Part shown: positions 48,510 to 59,364 of the stretch, piece after piece | How positions within the stretch are numbered: the first letter of the stretch is position 1 | Layout of the letters: every line of letters starts with the position of its first letter | Assembly: GCA_032249235.1 (NCBI GenBank) | Contig: JAVVGF010000002.1 | Coordinates: 128,001-192,000, forward strand | Direction: 5' to 3' | Source of the DNA: Thermoproteota archaeon | GTDB taxonomy: Archaea; Thermoproteota; Thermoprotei; Gearchaeales; Gearchaeaceae | DNA length: 64,000 nucleotides | The notes under the pieces: generated by a model | The model's input: the letters and a program-made list of their open reading frames with translations, nothing else | Told to the model about the DNA's origin: nothing | The model's database searches: none | Position numbers and translations under genes: made by a program

Positions 48510-50288
48510 ATGACAACTGCACCGGGTAGGATTACTTGGATAAGTGGTCCAACTGTAAGAGCAGAAGGTCTTGAAGGTGTCAAGATGTATGAGGTTGTCT
48601 ATGTAGGAGAAGAAAGACTGATTGGAGAAGTCATAGCTGTCTCAGGCGATAGAGCGGTCATTCAAGTATACGAAACTACAAGTGGTCTTAGACCAGGAGA
48701 ACCAGTATATAGATCAGGAGAACCTTTATCTGTAATGTTAGGACCTGGCATTATAGGAAGAACTTATGACGGTGTTCAAAGACCTTTAGATGTCATCGCC
48801 ACCAAAATTGGACCTTTTGTTAAAAGAGGAATTCAAGTAGATCCTATTCCATTAGATAAAAAATGGTATTTTGAACCAATTTTAAAGAAGGGAGATAAAG
48901 TAGAAGGCGGGTATATATTAGGCTTTGTTCAAGAAACTCCTCTAATTAGACATGCTATACTTGTCCATCCTGAAATAAAAGGAAGAATAAAATACATAGT
49001 AAAAGAAGGAGAATACACAGCTAATGATATCATAGCTGAGGTTGAACATGATTCCGAAACTTATCAATTGAGATTATATCATCGTTGGCCTGTTAGAAAA
49101 CCGAGACCGTATGTCCAAAGACTAGAACCTGAAGTTCCTCTGATAACTGGAATGAGAATAATCGATACATTATTTCCTGTAGCAAAAGGAGGAACAGCTG
49201 CAATTCCAGGAGGATTTGGGACAGGTAAGACTGTAACATTGCATCAAATCGCAGCATGGTGTGATGCTAGGGTTGTGATCTACATAGGATGTGGAGAAAG
49301 AGGAAATGAAATGGCTGAAGTGCTTGTGAAATTCCCCGAATTGACTGATCCTTATAGCGGAAGACCATTAATGGAAAGAACGATATTAATTGCTAACACG
49401 AGCAACATGCCAATTTCAGCTAGAGAAGCAAGCATATACACAGGAATAACCCTCGCTGAATATTATAGAGATATGGGATATGATGTAGTTCTTGTAGCAG
49501 ATTCTACAAGTAGATGGGCAGAAGCATTAAGAGAAATTAGCGGAAGACTTGAAGAAATGCCTGCTGAAGAAGGATTCCCTTCATATTTAGCTTCGAGACT
49601 AGCTGAGTTTTATGAAAGAGCGGGAAGAGTAATAACACTAAATCAAAACAGGTCTATTGGTTCAGTAACAGTAGTAGGTGCAGTTTCTCCTCCTGGAGGA
49701 GACTTTTCTGAACCCGTAACAGTTCATACTTTGAGATTCGTTAGAGCATTTTGGGGCTTAGATAGTGCACTAGCATATTCAAGGCACTATCCTGCAATAA
49801 ATTGGATAATCAGTTATTCATTATATGTTGATGCTGTAGCCAAATGGTGGGAAAAAGAAGTCGAAAAAGGATGGCCAGAACTAAGAAGAACAATGCTTGA
49901 AATATTACAAAAAGAAGACGAATTGAAAGAAATTGTAAAGCTCCTAGGTCCTGAAGCTCTTCCCGATAGCGAAAAGTTAATTTTAGATGTAGCACGCATC
50001 ATTAGAGAAGGATTTTTGCAGCAAAACGCATTCGATCCTGTTGATACATATTGTTCAGTACAAAAGCAATACAAGATGCTGAAGATGTTCATTGAATTTT
50101 ATCAAAAAGCCAAAATTGCTCTAGATAAAGGAGTACCTTTATCTTCGATAAGAGCTATGCCTGTAATAACTAAAATGATGAGAGCAAGATACACAATTCC
50201 TAACGAGAAATATGTCGAGATAGATAATTTAATTGAAGAGATTAATCAATCGATTAATAAATTATTAGAGGGGATAAAGAGTGGCTAG
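48510..50288 (+). CDS. atpA: A-type ATP synthase subunit A (no intein)
   Basis: [29 protein letters not shown]. Confidence 0.98.
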   Translation: MTTAPGRITWISGPTVRAEGLEGVKMYEVVYVGEERLIGEVIAVSGDRAVIQVYETTSGLRPGEPVYRSGEPLSVMLGPGIIGRTYDGVQRPLDVIATKIGPFVKRGIQVDPIPLDKKWYFEPILKKGDKVEGGYILGFVQETPLIRHAILVHPEIKGRIKYIVKEGEYTANDIIAEVEHDSETYQLRLYHRWPVRKPRPYVQRLEPEVPLITGMRIIDTLFPVAKGGTAAIPGGFGTGKTVTLHQIAAWCDARVVIYIGCGERGNEMAEVLVKFPELTDPYSGRPLMERTILIANTSNMPISAREASIYTGITLAEYYRDMGYDVVLVADSTSRWAEALREISGRLEEMPAEEGFPSYLASRLAEFYERAGRVITLNQNRSIGSVTVVGAVSPPGGDFSEPVTVHTLRFVRAFWGLDSALAYSRHYPAINWIISYSLYVDAVAKWWEKEVEKGWPELRRTMLEILQKEDELKEIVKLLGPEALPDSEKLILDVARIIREGFLQQNAFDPVDTYCSVQKQYKMLKMFIEFYQKAKIALDKGVPLSSIRAMPVITKMMRARYTIPNEKYVEIDNLIEEINQSINKLLEGIKSG

Positions 50289-51669
50289 TGGAGGATTAGA
50301 ATATTATTCAGTTAGAGAAATTAAAGGACCATTATTAGTAGTAGAAGGTGTTAAAAACGTAGCATATGATGAACTTTTAGAAATAGAAACTGGAACAGGA
50401 GAGAAAAGATTAGGAAAAGTTCTAGAAGTTGGTTATGGAATTGCAATTGTACAAGTATTTGAGGGAACAACGGGTCTTTCAGTAAAAGGGACAAAAGCAA
50501 AGTTCTTAGGAAGAACTATGGAAGTCCCTGTCAGCGAGGATATGCTTGGAAGAATATTTGATGGGCTAGGAAGACCTATTGATGGCTTACCACCCCCAAT
50601 TCCTAGAGATAGACTAGATGTTAACGGCTCGCCTATAAATCCGGAAAGAAGAGATTATCCTACTAACTTCATACAAACAGGAATTTCTGCAATAGATGGC
50701 ATGAATACGTTAATAAGAGGACAAAAGTTACCTATATTTTCAGGTGCTGGCTTACCTCATAACAAAATTGCTGCACAAATAGCGAGACAAGCTACAGTTC
50801 TAGGCCAAGAAGAAGAATTTGCAGTTATATTTGCAGCTATTGGTGTTCAAAACGATGAAGCCTCTTTCTTTAAGAAAAGTTTAGAAGAGACAGGTGCAAT
50901 AAAACGAAGTGCATTATTTTTGAACTTAGCTGATGATCCAGCTTTTGAAAGGGTCATCACTCCAAGGATTGCTTTAACATTAGCTGAATATTTGGCATTC
51001 GAAAAAGACATGCATGTTTTAGTAATTATTACGGATATGACTAACTACGGTGAAGCTCTAAGAGAAATTAGTGCAGCAAGAGAAGAGGTGCCTGGAAGGA
51101 AAGGATATCCTGGATACTTATATACGGATTTAGCTACAATATATGAAAGAGCAGGAAGAATTAAGGGAAAGAAAGGAAGCATAACGCAAATGCCAATATT
51201 GACAATGCCTAACGATGATATAAGTCATCCTATACCAGATTTAACTGCTTATATCACAGAAGGACAAATAGTATTAGGTAGAGAATTGCATAGGGTTGGA
51301 ATATATCCTCCTATTAACGTTCTCATGAGCTTAAGCAGATTGATGAGAGATGGAATAGGCGAAGGAAAAACAAGAGCAGATCATCCTGATGTTGCAAGCC
51401 AGTTATATGCTTCTTATGCAAGAGCTCAAGAATTAAGAGCATTAGCTCTTATAGTAGGAGAATCTAGCTTAACTCCGGTTGACCTTAAATATCTAAGATA
51501 TGCTGAAGCATTTGAGAAGAAATTCTTGTCTCAAGGATATTATGAAAACAGAGATATTTTCAAGACCTTGGATATTGCATGGGAAGTTTTATCCATGTTA
51601 CCCGAACAAGAATTGACCAGAGTAAAAGAGAAGTTTATCAAACAATATTATAAGAAAAAAGCAGAATAG
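50281..51669 (+). CDS. atpB: A-type ATP synthase subunit B
   Basis: [33 protein letters not shown]. Confidence 0.98.
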   Translation: MASGGLEYYSVREIKGPLLVVEGVKNVAYDELLEIETGTGEKRLGKVLEVGYGIAIVQVFEGTTGLSVKGTKAKFLGRTMEVPVSEDMLGRIFDGLGRPIDGLPPPIPRDRLDVNGSPINPERRDYPTNFIQTGISAIDGMNTLIRGQKLPIFSGAGLPHNKIAAQIARQATVLGQEEEFAVIFAAIGVQNDEASFFKKSLEETGAIKRSALFLNLADDPAFERVITPRIALTLAEYLAFEKDMHVLVIITDMTNYGEALREISAAREEVPGRKGYPGYLYTDLATIYERAGRIKGKKGSITQMPILTMPNDDISHPIPDLTAYITEGQIVLGRELHRVGIYPPINVLMSLSRLMRDGIGEGKTRADHPDVASQLYASYARAQELRALALIVGESSLTPVDLKYLRYAEAFEKKFLSQGYYENRDIFKTLDIAWEVLSMLPEQELTRVKEKFIKQYYKKKAE

Positions 51670-51670
51670 C

Positions 51671-52324
51671 ATGTCTCAAGGATTTGGAGGTAGGGCTTTA
51701 CCTACAAAGATAAATCTGATTAGACTCAGAAGAAGTCTAGCTTTTGCTAGAAGGGTAAAAAAGATACTTGAAGATAAAAGAGAAGTCATATTGCATGAAT
51801 TAGAGAAATTAATTGATGAAATATCAGAAGAAAGTAAGAAAGTATGGGATTCTCTTTTTGAAGCTTACGATGCTTTATATTCTGCTTACATGAGTATGGG
51901 TCCTTTAAATGTTAATTCGCTAGCCATCACGACACCTCAAAAATTGGCAATTGAGATGAAAGAAGAAAATCTAATGGGAGTAAAAGTTCCAAGAATTAAG
52001 CTAGTCAATTTAGAAAAAAATCCGCAGTACGGATTTTTAGATTCGTCTAGTGCTCTTGATAAAGCTGTTAAAAAGTTTCAAGAAATTTTACCTATGCTAA
52101 TAAGTAATGCTGAAAAAGAAAATGCAATTTATAGACTGGCAGAAGAATTGAAGAAAACGCAAAGACAAGTCAATGCTTTGAAATACGTTATCATCCCAAA
52201 TTATGAAAAAATGATTTATAATATTGGTAATGCTTTAGAAGAAAGAGAAAGAGAAGATTTCGTAAGACTTAAAAAGATAAAAGCCATATTAGAAAGAAAA
52301 ACTAAACATGGAGGCCAAGATTAA
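51671..52324 (+). CDS. atpD: A-type ATP synthase subunit D
   Basis: PTKINL, TQRQVNAL, LEEREREDFVRLK. Confidence 0.95.
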   Translation: MSQGFGGRALPTKINLIRLRRSLAFARRVKKILEDKREVILHELEKLIDEISEESKKVWDSLFEAYDALYSAYMSMGPLNVNSLAITTPQKLAIEMKEENLMGVKVPRIKLVNLEKNPQYGFLDSSSALDKAVKKFQEILPMLISNAEKENAIYRLAEELKKTQRQVNALKYVIIPNYEKMIYNIGNALEEREREDFVRLKKIKAILERKTKHGGQD

Positions 52325-52451
52325 AGAAGAATTTGAATCGATAAGAGAAGAATTTAAGAAAATGAAGGAAGAAAATATAAAGGAAATAGAGAGAAAAATC
52401 GAAGAATTGAAAGCAAAGGTTTTTAAAGAACTAGAAAAAACCTTATCTTAA
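52308..52451 (+). CDS. 47-aa charged helical protein in ATPase operon (epsilon/G-like); not in ORF track
   Basis: MEAKIKEEFESIREEFKKMKEENIKEIERKIEELKAKVFKELEKTLS*; overlaps atpD end and stops 1 nt before atpK. Confidence 0.7.
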   Translation: MEAKIKEEFESIREEFKKMKEENIKEIERKIEELKAKVFKELEKTLS

Positions 52452-52452
52452 T

Positions 52453-52749
52453 ATGTCTTTAAAATATGCTTATATATTGATTGGTGTCCTCATTGCAAGC
52501 GCAACATTGAATCTAGTAAATGCACAAGGACTTTCTACTGGAGAAGGTTTGAAGCTCGTAGCTGCAGGATTGGCTTTCGGTCTTGCAGCAGTTGGAGCAG
52601 GCTTAGCAATAGGTTATTCAGGTGCAGCTTCTATTGCAGTGGTTGCTGAAAAACCAGGCATGAGAGCTTGGAGTTTCATAATATTAGGTTTGTCTGAGGC
52701 GCTAGCAATTTATGGTTTAGTTATAGCGTTCTTGCTTATATTTACTTAA
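52453..52749 (+). CDS. atpK: A-type ATP synthase proteolipid K (c) with N-terminal presequence
   Basis: GLAAVGAGLAIG, EKP loop, LSEALAIYG. Confidence 0.95.
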   Translation: MSLKYAYILIGVLIASATLNLVNAQGLSTGEGLKLVAAGLAFGLAAVGAGLAIGYSGAASIAVVAEKPGMRAWSFIILGLSEALAIYGLVIAFLLIFT

Positions 52750-52761
52750 ATAAAAGAAATT

Positions 52762-52905
52762 TTATTTGATACCTTTTCTGAAATAAGCTCCGCATTTTGT
52801 ACATTTAAACAATCCTATTGTTTGTGATTTCTTACCTTTAGGAGCGAGAGTCCATGTTTTTATTGGATTTTCTACATCATTACCGCATTTAGGGCAGGTC
52901 ACCAT
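52762..52905 (-). CDS. cren7: Chromatin protein Cren7, Zn-ribbon (4-Cys) form; not in ORF track
   Basis: [47 protein letters not shown]; matches the Cren7 core P-x-K-x-W-x-LAPKG...IGLFK...G-x-YFR. Confidence 0.88.
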   Translation of the reverse strand: MVTCPKCGNDVENPIKTWTLAPKGKKSQTIGLFKCTKCGAYFRKGIK

Positions 52906-52975
52906 CGCATTGTTTAATCTTTCATCATCATATAAATTTAATGCTGTTTAAATGTCTATTCTCGATTAATTTGTT

Positions 52976-54475
52976 ATGATTACTGCTAAAGAGATGAGAA
53001 TTATTGAAGATAATGTAGAAGAGTTGGGTTTGAATAGGAGATTATTAATGGAAAATGCAGGCTCTGCGATAGCTGACTTTCTAAAATCAAAAGGTATTAT
53101 CGAGAATGTTGTATTGGTAGCGGGAACAGGTAATAAAGCAGGCGATGGATTCGTAGCATTAAGACATATTCTTGCATATGGCGGAAGTTGCAAGATAATA
53201 TTATTGGAAAAAGAAGAAAATATAAAAACGCAAGAAGCAAGAGAAAACTTCGAATTCTTAAAGAAAATGCCAAGTGTAAAAATTTACTACTCTGAGAATT
53301 TATCAGATATCGATATTGCAAATATCTTGAAAAATGCAAATGTTGTGATTGATGGTTTAATAGGAACAGGCTTAAAAGGGAAACCTTCTCAAAAAATATC
53401 AAGACTTATAAAGTTAATAAATGAAAGTAATCGTTTTGTGTTAGCAATAGATATACCTACTGGAATCGATCCTGATACAGGTGATAATTATGGTGAGTAT
53501 GTTAGGGCAAACGTAGTAATTACTATGCACAAAATAAAGAAGGGGCTACTGAGATACTTGAAAGAATTTGAAATCATCGAAGCAAACATAGGAATACCGC
53601 GAGAACTTGAGATGTTTGCAGGAATAGGTGATGTAAAAGCCTTATTCAGCGTAAAATCACCGTATTCTAAAAAAGGAGATAGTGGAAGAATTCTAATAAT
53701 AGGAGGCTCAAATATATATCACGGAGCCCCTATTCTTGCAGGTTTAGCTGCTTTAAGAAGCGGAGTAGATTTAGTATATTTATACTTGCCTGAAAAAATT
53801 GCCTCGATTGCTAGAAGTATGGCGCCTGAATTCATCGTAATACCTTACAAAGAAGAAGAATTCAACGAGAAATCTGCAAAAGAGATTATAGAATTCATTG
53901 AAAAAGTCGATGCTGTTCTAATAGGTAATGGTCTTGGTTTAGGGCACGATGATGCTGTAGAAATAATATTTAATGCTGTTGAAGAAAAAAAGAAATTTTT
54001 GATAGCTGATGCTGATGCTTTAAAAACAAATGCAGTCAAAAAAGCAAGAAAAATTAAAGTAGTTTATACACCTCATGCTGGAGAATTTAAAGCTATTACT
54101 GGAATTGAATTGCCTCCTTATGAAGAAATGAATAAGAGAATTGAAATAATAAAAGAGGCTAGCAAAAAGTTAGGAGTTATTTTCCTCGTGAAGGGTCATT
54201 ATGACGTAATATCAGACGGTGAAAAAGTTAAAATTTGCAGAGGAGGAACGCAAGCTATGACTGTTGGAGGAACGGGCGATGTGCTTGCAGGTCTTTGCAC
54301 TGGTTTAATTGCTAGAACAAAATTTGCTTTCGAAGCTTCAATTGCGGCCTCATATATAAATAAAAAAGCTGGCGAACTCGCTACAAGGGAATATGGTAAT
54401 CAAATAAAAGCCACAGATTTAATTGAGTTTATACCAAAAATAATTAAAAATCTTGATCCTACTTATCAAATTTAA
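52976..54475 (+). CDS. nnr: Bifunctional NAD(P)H-hydrate epimerase/dehydratase
   Basis: LMENAG, GNKAGDG, DIPTG, TPHAGEF, GGTGDVLAG. Confidence 0.93.
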   Translation: MITAKEMRIIEDNVEELGLNRRLLMENAGSAIADFLKSKGIIENVVLVAGTGNKAGDGFVALRHILAYGGSCKIILLEKEENIKTQEARENFEFLKKMPSVKIYYSENLSDIDIANILKNANVVIDGLIGTGLKGKPSQKISRLIKLINESNRFVLAIDIPTGIDPDTGDNYGEYVRANVVITMHKIKKGLLRYLKEFEIIEANIGIPRELEMFAGIGDVKALFSVKSPYSKKGDSGRILIIGGSNIYHGAPILAGLAALRSGVDLVYLYLPEKIASIARSMAPEFIVIPYKEEEFNEKSAKEIIEFIEKVDAVLIGNGLGLGHDDAVEIIFNAVEEKKKFLIADADALKTNAVKKARKIKVVYTPHAGEFKAITGIELPPYEEMNKRIEIIKEASKKLGVIFLVKGHYDVISDGEKVKICRGGTQAMTVGGTGDVLAGLCTGLIARTKFAFEASIAASYINKKAGELATREYGNQIKATDLIEFIPKIIKNLDPTYQI

Positions 54476-54511
54476 CGATAAATTTAAAAATAAAATTTCT
54501 TATAATTCATA

Positions 54512-54742
54512 ATGCCTCACTGGAAGATGAATCGGAGGGGTTATCCTCTCCATGAGGATATAAAGCAAGCAATTAGGGAGGCTCTAACAAAAGGCGACTA
54601 TCCTCCTTTTAAATTATGTGAAGAAGTCGCTGCTATACTAAAAAGAAAGGGTTTTTATACAGGGCATATAAACGTCAAAAAAGTTTGGAAATTATATCTA
54701 GAAGTCCAAAAAGAGAACTTAACCTTTAACCAGCCTGTCTAG
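54512..54742 (+). CDS. Small hypothetical protein
   Basis: 76 aa with P..EDI..AI...L...GFYTG...K..W..Y; TATA-like TTTAAAAA upstream. Confidence 0.65.
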   Translation: MPHWKMNRRGYPLHEDIKQAIREALTKGDYPPFKLCEEVAAILKRKGFYTGHINVKKVWKLYLEVQKENLTFNQPV

Positions 54743-55918
54743 TTGGTTCAAGACATATTTTTTAATTTCTTTCTCATTCTTTAATTCCCTTACCAATTTT
54801 CCTTTCTCTATATATTTTTTCAATAAAGGTTCGACTTCTCCTCCGCAATATTTACATTTTTCAGGAGGAGCTTCGTAAAATAGTTTTATTTCGTCTTTGA
54901 AACATTGCTTGCAACGATATACTTGCTTTCTACCTGGAAGCTTAGCTCTCTTTGAATATGGCTTACCTTCTTTTTCGACGATATCAAAAGCTAAATCTAT
55001 TGACGGAGGAAAAGCTATTGAAGTTCCTACGCCATAGATGTCGACCAAATCCCTTGTCAGTAGGATAGTATCTTCATCAACACCGCTGCTAAGGATTATT
55101 TTTGCATCTTTTAACCCGTTAATATCTAAAATCCATCTTACCTCTTGTAAAAGTTTTCTTATATCTCCTCTTCTTGAGCTAGGCGTATCTAATCTCACAC
55201 CTGCAAGCTTTGAACCTAATGTTTTAGCAGCTAACCAAACTTCTGTTCTTTCATCATACATTGTGTCGCATAGCAGATATCTAGGAACATCATTTGGCAT
55301 CACTTCATCAAATGCTAACCAAGCATCTTCTACTTTATCAAATATCAATGTTAACTCATGTGGCATTGTGCCAACTGGTTGTTCTTTTAATAACTCAGCT
55401 CCAAGAACACCTGATACTGCATCACAACCTCCTATATATGCCGCTCTATCTGCTAAAGGTGCTAAAGCAGGATGCAAAGATCTAATACCGAAGAAAATTA
55501 CTTTTTTATCTCCTGCTGCTAGTTTTATTCTGGCAGCTTTAGTAGCGATGCTAACGTAATGTCTAAATATTCCATCAATAACAGGCTCATAGATACCAAA
55601 TTCTTTATATGGACCAGAAATACTGAAAACAGGTTCATATAACCTGAAAATAGTACCCTCATCCATTGCATAAACATCAACATCTTTCCCGATGAAAATA
55701 TTCAGTACTTCTGGAAGACCACAAAAAACTGCCCATTCATAATTTTTTGGAAAATTATAAGAATGAACATCCATCGTGACGTTTGTATCAAGTTTTCCTT
55801 TTTTCTCTAAAATTTTGTATGTCCTTACATAATATATGTCGGTTACCTTTCCTGATAGTATCTCTTCTTCTTTTGCTATGAAGAACCTTCTATCCATTAA
55901 TATTTTTTGTGAAATCAT
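54719..55918 (-). CDS. pncB: Nicotinate phosphoribosyltransferase
   Basis: TDIYY, FGIRSLHP, GTMPH, VRLDTPSSRRG, YGVGT. Confidence 0.93.
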   Translation of the reverse strand: MISQKILMDRRFFIAKEEEILSGKVTDIYYVRTYKILEKKGKLDTNVTMDVHSYNFPKNYEWAVFCGLPEVLNIFIGKDVDVYAMDEGTIFRLYEPVFSISGPYKEFGIYEPVIDGIFRHYVSIATKAARIKLAAGDKKVIFFGIRSLHPALAPLADRAAYIGGCDAVSGVLGAELLKEQPVGTMPHELTLIFDKVEDAWLAFDEVMPNDVPRYLLCDTMYDERTEVWLAAKTLGSKLAGVRLDTPSSRRGDIRKLLQEVRWILDINGLKDAKIILSSGVDEDTILLTRDLVDIYGVGTSIAFPPSIDLAFDIVEKEGKPYSKRAKLPGRKQVYRCKQCFKDEIKLFYEAPPEKCKYCGGEVEPLLKKYIEKGKLVRELKNEKEIKKYVLNQLDRLVKG

Positions 55919-55927
55919 GCATAAAAA

Positions 55928-57145
55928 TCATAAGAAACGTTTTAAGAGAAACTGTTCAATATCATGCTTACCTCTTTCAATTAAATCTAAAATTAATTTT
56001 GAAGAATAAGGAGCAAGACAAACACCTATTCTACAATGCCCTACACAAACTAAGAGATTTTCTTTCAGCTTATCAATGATAGGCATTAAATCAGGTGTAC
56101 AAGGCCTTGAACCAACCCATTTATCAATGATCCCGAAACCTTTTGCAGAGGGAAAATATTTTATGAGTGTCTTTTCAAGAAAATCATAGCATTTCCGCAT
56201 TGGTTCATCATTAACATCTGCAAGTTCTAAAAATCCCGTAGCTTTTAAATTTCCTTCGTAAGTATTAGCAAAAGATATACGGTGATCGCCTCCCAAAACA
56301 TGATGTTCCAATTTTAACTTCGAATTAGTTATTATTGCATAACCTCTACCTGCTATGATGGGTAGGCGAATCTTAAGCGATTTATAAATATCCCTATAAG
56401 CCCCTGTTGCAATGACATATATATCTGCTTTAATTTTACTTTTATTTGTAATTAGATAATCAATATAATTTCCACTGAGCTCGAAATATTCAGCTTTTTC
56501 ATTTATAAAAGATACATTTAACTTCTTCAACAGTTCTGTAAAATTTTTCATAAGCAATCTAGGATCTAAACTATATTCTTCATAATAATAAATACCGCCA
56601 CACACATTTTGGTTTAGGCTTTTTTCTAATTCCAATATTTCTTTTTCTGAAAGGATAATATATTTATTAAATTCTGGATATTTTTTTATAAAAGCAATTC
56701 TTTTATCAAATTTCAATTTATCTAGAAATACTTCTAGTAGTCCATCTTTTTTAAAATTTATGAATATTTTATTTGACAGATTCTCATACCAGCTTATAGC
56801 TTCTGAAATCATATCATAGATTAATTTCATATTTTGCAACTCTGCAGCTTTCTTGCTTTCTTTAATAAATCTCAATACCCAGCGAGCATTTTTAAATAAA
56901 GATTTGAACGATATCCTTATACCTGAATGTTCTATAAAAATCCATTTAAGAATATCTCTTAAATTGCCTATAGAAGGTGAAAGAGCACTAAAAGTTGGAG
57001 AAATCAATCCTGCATTATTCCATGAAGCCGCTTTATAGAAAGGATTTTCATCTATTATTTTAACTTCGTATCCTTCTTCTACCAATCTGTAAGCAATGGA
57101 AAGTCCAATTACGCCGCGTCCTATTATAGCTACTTCTTCTTTCAT
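55928..57145 (-). CDS. DadA-like FAD-dependent D-amino acid dehydrogenase
   Basis: GRGVIG, ASWNNAG, GRGY, WVGSRPCTPD, GHCRIG. Confidence 0.85.
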   Translation of the reverse strand: MKEEVAIIGRGVIGLSIAYRLVEEGYEVKIIDENPFYKAASWNNAGLISPTFSALSPSIGNLRDILKWIFIEHSGIRISFKSLFKNARWVLRFIKESKKAAELQNMKLIYDMISEAISWYENLSNKIFINFKKDGLLEVFLDKLKFDKRIAFIKKYPEFNKYIILSEKEILELEKSLNQNVCGGIYYYEEYSLDPRLLMKNFTELLKKLNVSFINEKAEYFELSGNYIDYLITNKSKIKADIYVIATGAYRDIYKSLKIRLPIIAGRGYAIITNSKLKLEHHVLGGDHRISFANTYEGNLKATGFLELADVNDEPMRKCYDFLEKTLIKYFPSAKGFGIIDKWVGSRPCTPDLMPIIDKLKENLLVCVGHCRIGVCLAPYSSKLILDLIERGKHDIEQFLLKRFL

Positions 57146-57216
57146 CTTGTTTAATTACGCTCAAGGATTAGATTAAGGAAACGATGAATTTTAGATAATA
57201 ATGATATGTATTTATT

Positions 57217-58419
57217 ATGGAATTTGAATTAAGTGAAGAAGAAAGGATATTCCAAGAAACTGCTAGCGAATTCTTAAAAAAAGAATTGAGACCTATTGCT
57301 CGAAAAATAGATGAAGAGAAAAGGATACCTAAAGATTTCATAAAGAAATTTGCCTCGCAAGGGTACTTGGGTTTATTAAATTCTCCGAAATATAGCGGAG
57401 CAGGAGCTAACATGAAGATGGCTACAATTCTTGCTGAAGAAATTGGTAAAAACGACATAAGTTTAGCTACAGCAGTTTTTTATTTACTGAATACAGCATG
57501 GAGCTATATACTTGAAAAGTATGGAAAAGAAGAAGTTGTTCAAGAAGTCATACCTAGGTTAGTTAAAGGTGAAGCATTTGTAGGAATATGTTCTACAGAA
57601 CCGAGTGGAGGATCTGATGTTGCTTCAATAAGTACCTTGGCAAAGAAGAATGGGAATAATTACTATATCGAAGGAGAAAAGATATACATAAGTGAAGTTA
57701 GGGAGATATTAGAAAACGATGGAGGATTATTAACTCTGGCTAAAACTAAACCAGAATTAAGACATAAAGGAATAAGCATGTTCTTTCTCCCTTTGAAAAA
57801 ATTAGACAACATCGAAGTGAGCTATCTAGAAAATATGGGAAGAATGGGAATATCTACTTCAATAATAAGATTCAAAGGTTCATCTGTAGATGAAAAGTAT
57901 CTAATTGGTGAGGAGAATAAGGGTTTTTATTATGCAATGGAGGGATTCGTCACTGCTAGAATATTAGTCGCTGCATCATGCATTGGAGCAGCTGAAGCTG
58001 TATTGGAAAGAGGGATTGAATATACAAAAAACAGAAAAGCTTTCGGTATTACTTTAGCAAAATATGAAGGAATCCAATTCCCAATGGTTGATTTGTATTC
58101 TAGAATAGAAGCAGTTAAACTATTGATTTACAAAGCTGCTTGGCTTTATGATGAAATGAGAAAGGGAAAAGCAAGCTATAAAGAAGTAACGAAATATTCA
58201 GCAATGAGTAAGCTTCTTGCTCCAAAATTAGCGATCGAGACCATTGAAGAAGTAATGACATGGTTAGGAGGTTATGGATACACTAAAGAAGCCGAAATCG
58301 AAATGGCGTTAAGAGGTGTAATCTCCTATTACGTAGGAGCAGAGGGAGCGGCAAATATTATGAGAATAATAATCGGAAGAGAAATATTAGGAAAAGAATT
58401 CGTGCCTTACAAGGAATAA
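57217..58419 (+). CDS. Acyl-CoA dehydrogenase
   Basis: STEPSGGSD, GEKIYIS, RKAFG, GGYGY, GAEGAANI. Confidence 0.93.
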   Translation: MEFELSEEERIFQETASEFLKKELRPIARKIDEEKRIPKDFIKKFASQGYLGLLNSPKYSGAGANMKMATILAEEIGKNDISLATAVFYLLNTAWSYILEKYGKEEVVQEVIPRLVKGEAFVGICSTEPSGGSDVASISTLAKKNGNNYYIEGEKIYISEVREILENDGGLLTLAKTKPELRHKGISMFFLPLKKLDNIEVSYLENMGRMGISTSIIRFKGSSVDEKYLIGEENKGFYYAMEGFVTARILVAASCIGAAEAVLERGIEYTKNRKAFGITLAKYEGIQFPMVDLYSRIEAVKLLIYKAAWLYDEMRKGKASYKEVTKYSAMSKLLAPKLAIETIEEVMTWLGGYGYTKEAEIEMALRGVISYYVGAEGAANIMRIIIGREILGKEFVPYKE

Positions 58420-59364
58420 TTAGCGTTTAATTCTCTTTTTTAGTTTTTTGATAAGTTTCTCTATTAGCTTGTGAATATCTACTACTGCATAATAGTCGCT
58501 GAAATTAAAGATAGGACTTTCAGGATCTTCATTCAAAGAAATAATCATTGATGAATTTATTATGCCCCCTATATGATCTAGATCTCCCTTAACGCCTATC
58601 GATAAGCAAAGCTTAGGCGAGATTCTTAAATTTGATACGCCAATCCATTCTTTAAACCAATTCCTAGCGAAACCTGTTTTATCCGCGATTACGCGGGCAC
58701 CGATTAAATTAGCGAGATCATTTATTCCCTTAAGCTCTTTTTCTTCATGAATATTCTCTCCAATGCAAATTATGTAGTTTGATTTCAACAATTCATTATA
58801 TCTTTCAGATAATTTTGTTTTGTCTCTAACGATAACTCTAGAAACTGCAATAGGAATCTTAATTTCTTCAATTTGAGCTTGTGAATTTCTTTCAATCTCT
58901 CCTTCTTCAAGCTCATACAATTCAACAATTGCTGGAAGAACAGTTTCGAGCTCTAAAACAGCTATACCACTTTGATATATTTTATTAGCGATTAGTTTAT
59001 TTCCTTCAATCTTGAAATCGAGGCAATTTATTAGAGCAGGAATATTCAATCTTGCAGAAAGTCTTGCAGCAACTTCTTTATCTTCTAAGGATTCACCGAA
59101 TACTATTAAGTCAAATTTATATTTTTTATAACATTCAGAAATTGCACTTGTAAATGCCTCTAAATCATAATTTATTAAATTTATATTAGTAACCAAGATT
59201 AATTTATTAACTGGTGCAAGCTTAAAGCTTTCTATTATATCATCTTTATAAAAATATTTGAAAAGTATAAGAAATATTTCATCATCTTTTTTCTTTAATT
59301 TATTTATTTTTACCAATAATCTATTTAATGATGCTATATCTTTAGAAAAGCAAGCGATCTTCAT
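58420..59364 (-). CDS. etfA: Electron transfer flavoprotein alpha (divergent)
   Basis: EVAARLSARL, ISPKLCLSIGVKG..DHIGGI, NEDPESPIFNFSDY. Confidence 0.8.
   Translation of the reverse strand: MKIACFSKDIASLNRLLVKINKLKKKDDEIFLILFKYFYKDDIIESFKLAPVNKLILVTNINLINYDLEAFTSAISECYKKYKFDLIVFGESLEDKEVAARLSARLNIPALINCLDFKIEGNKLIANKIYQSGIAVLELETVLPAIVELYELEEGEIERNSQAQIEEIKIPIAVSRVIVRDKTKLSERYNELLKSNYIICIGENIHEEKELKGINDLANLIGARVIADKTGFARNWFKEWIGVSNLRISPKLCLSIGVKGDLDHIGGIINSSMIISLNEDPESPIFNFSDYYAVVDIHKLIEKLIKKLKKRIKR

Noticed and set aside
48510-50288. Possible intein in atpA (also considered for lhr and valS)
   Set aside because: Protein lengths are canonical and no intein motifs are visible.
52920-52931. 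ATGATGATGA on the minus strand upstream of cren7
   Set aside because: Box-C-like but no partner D box; most likely just promoter/leader sequence.
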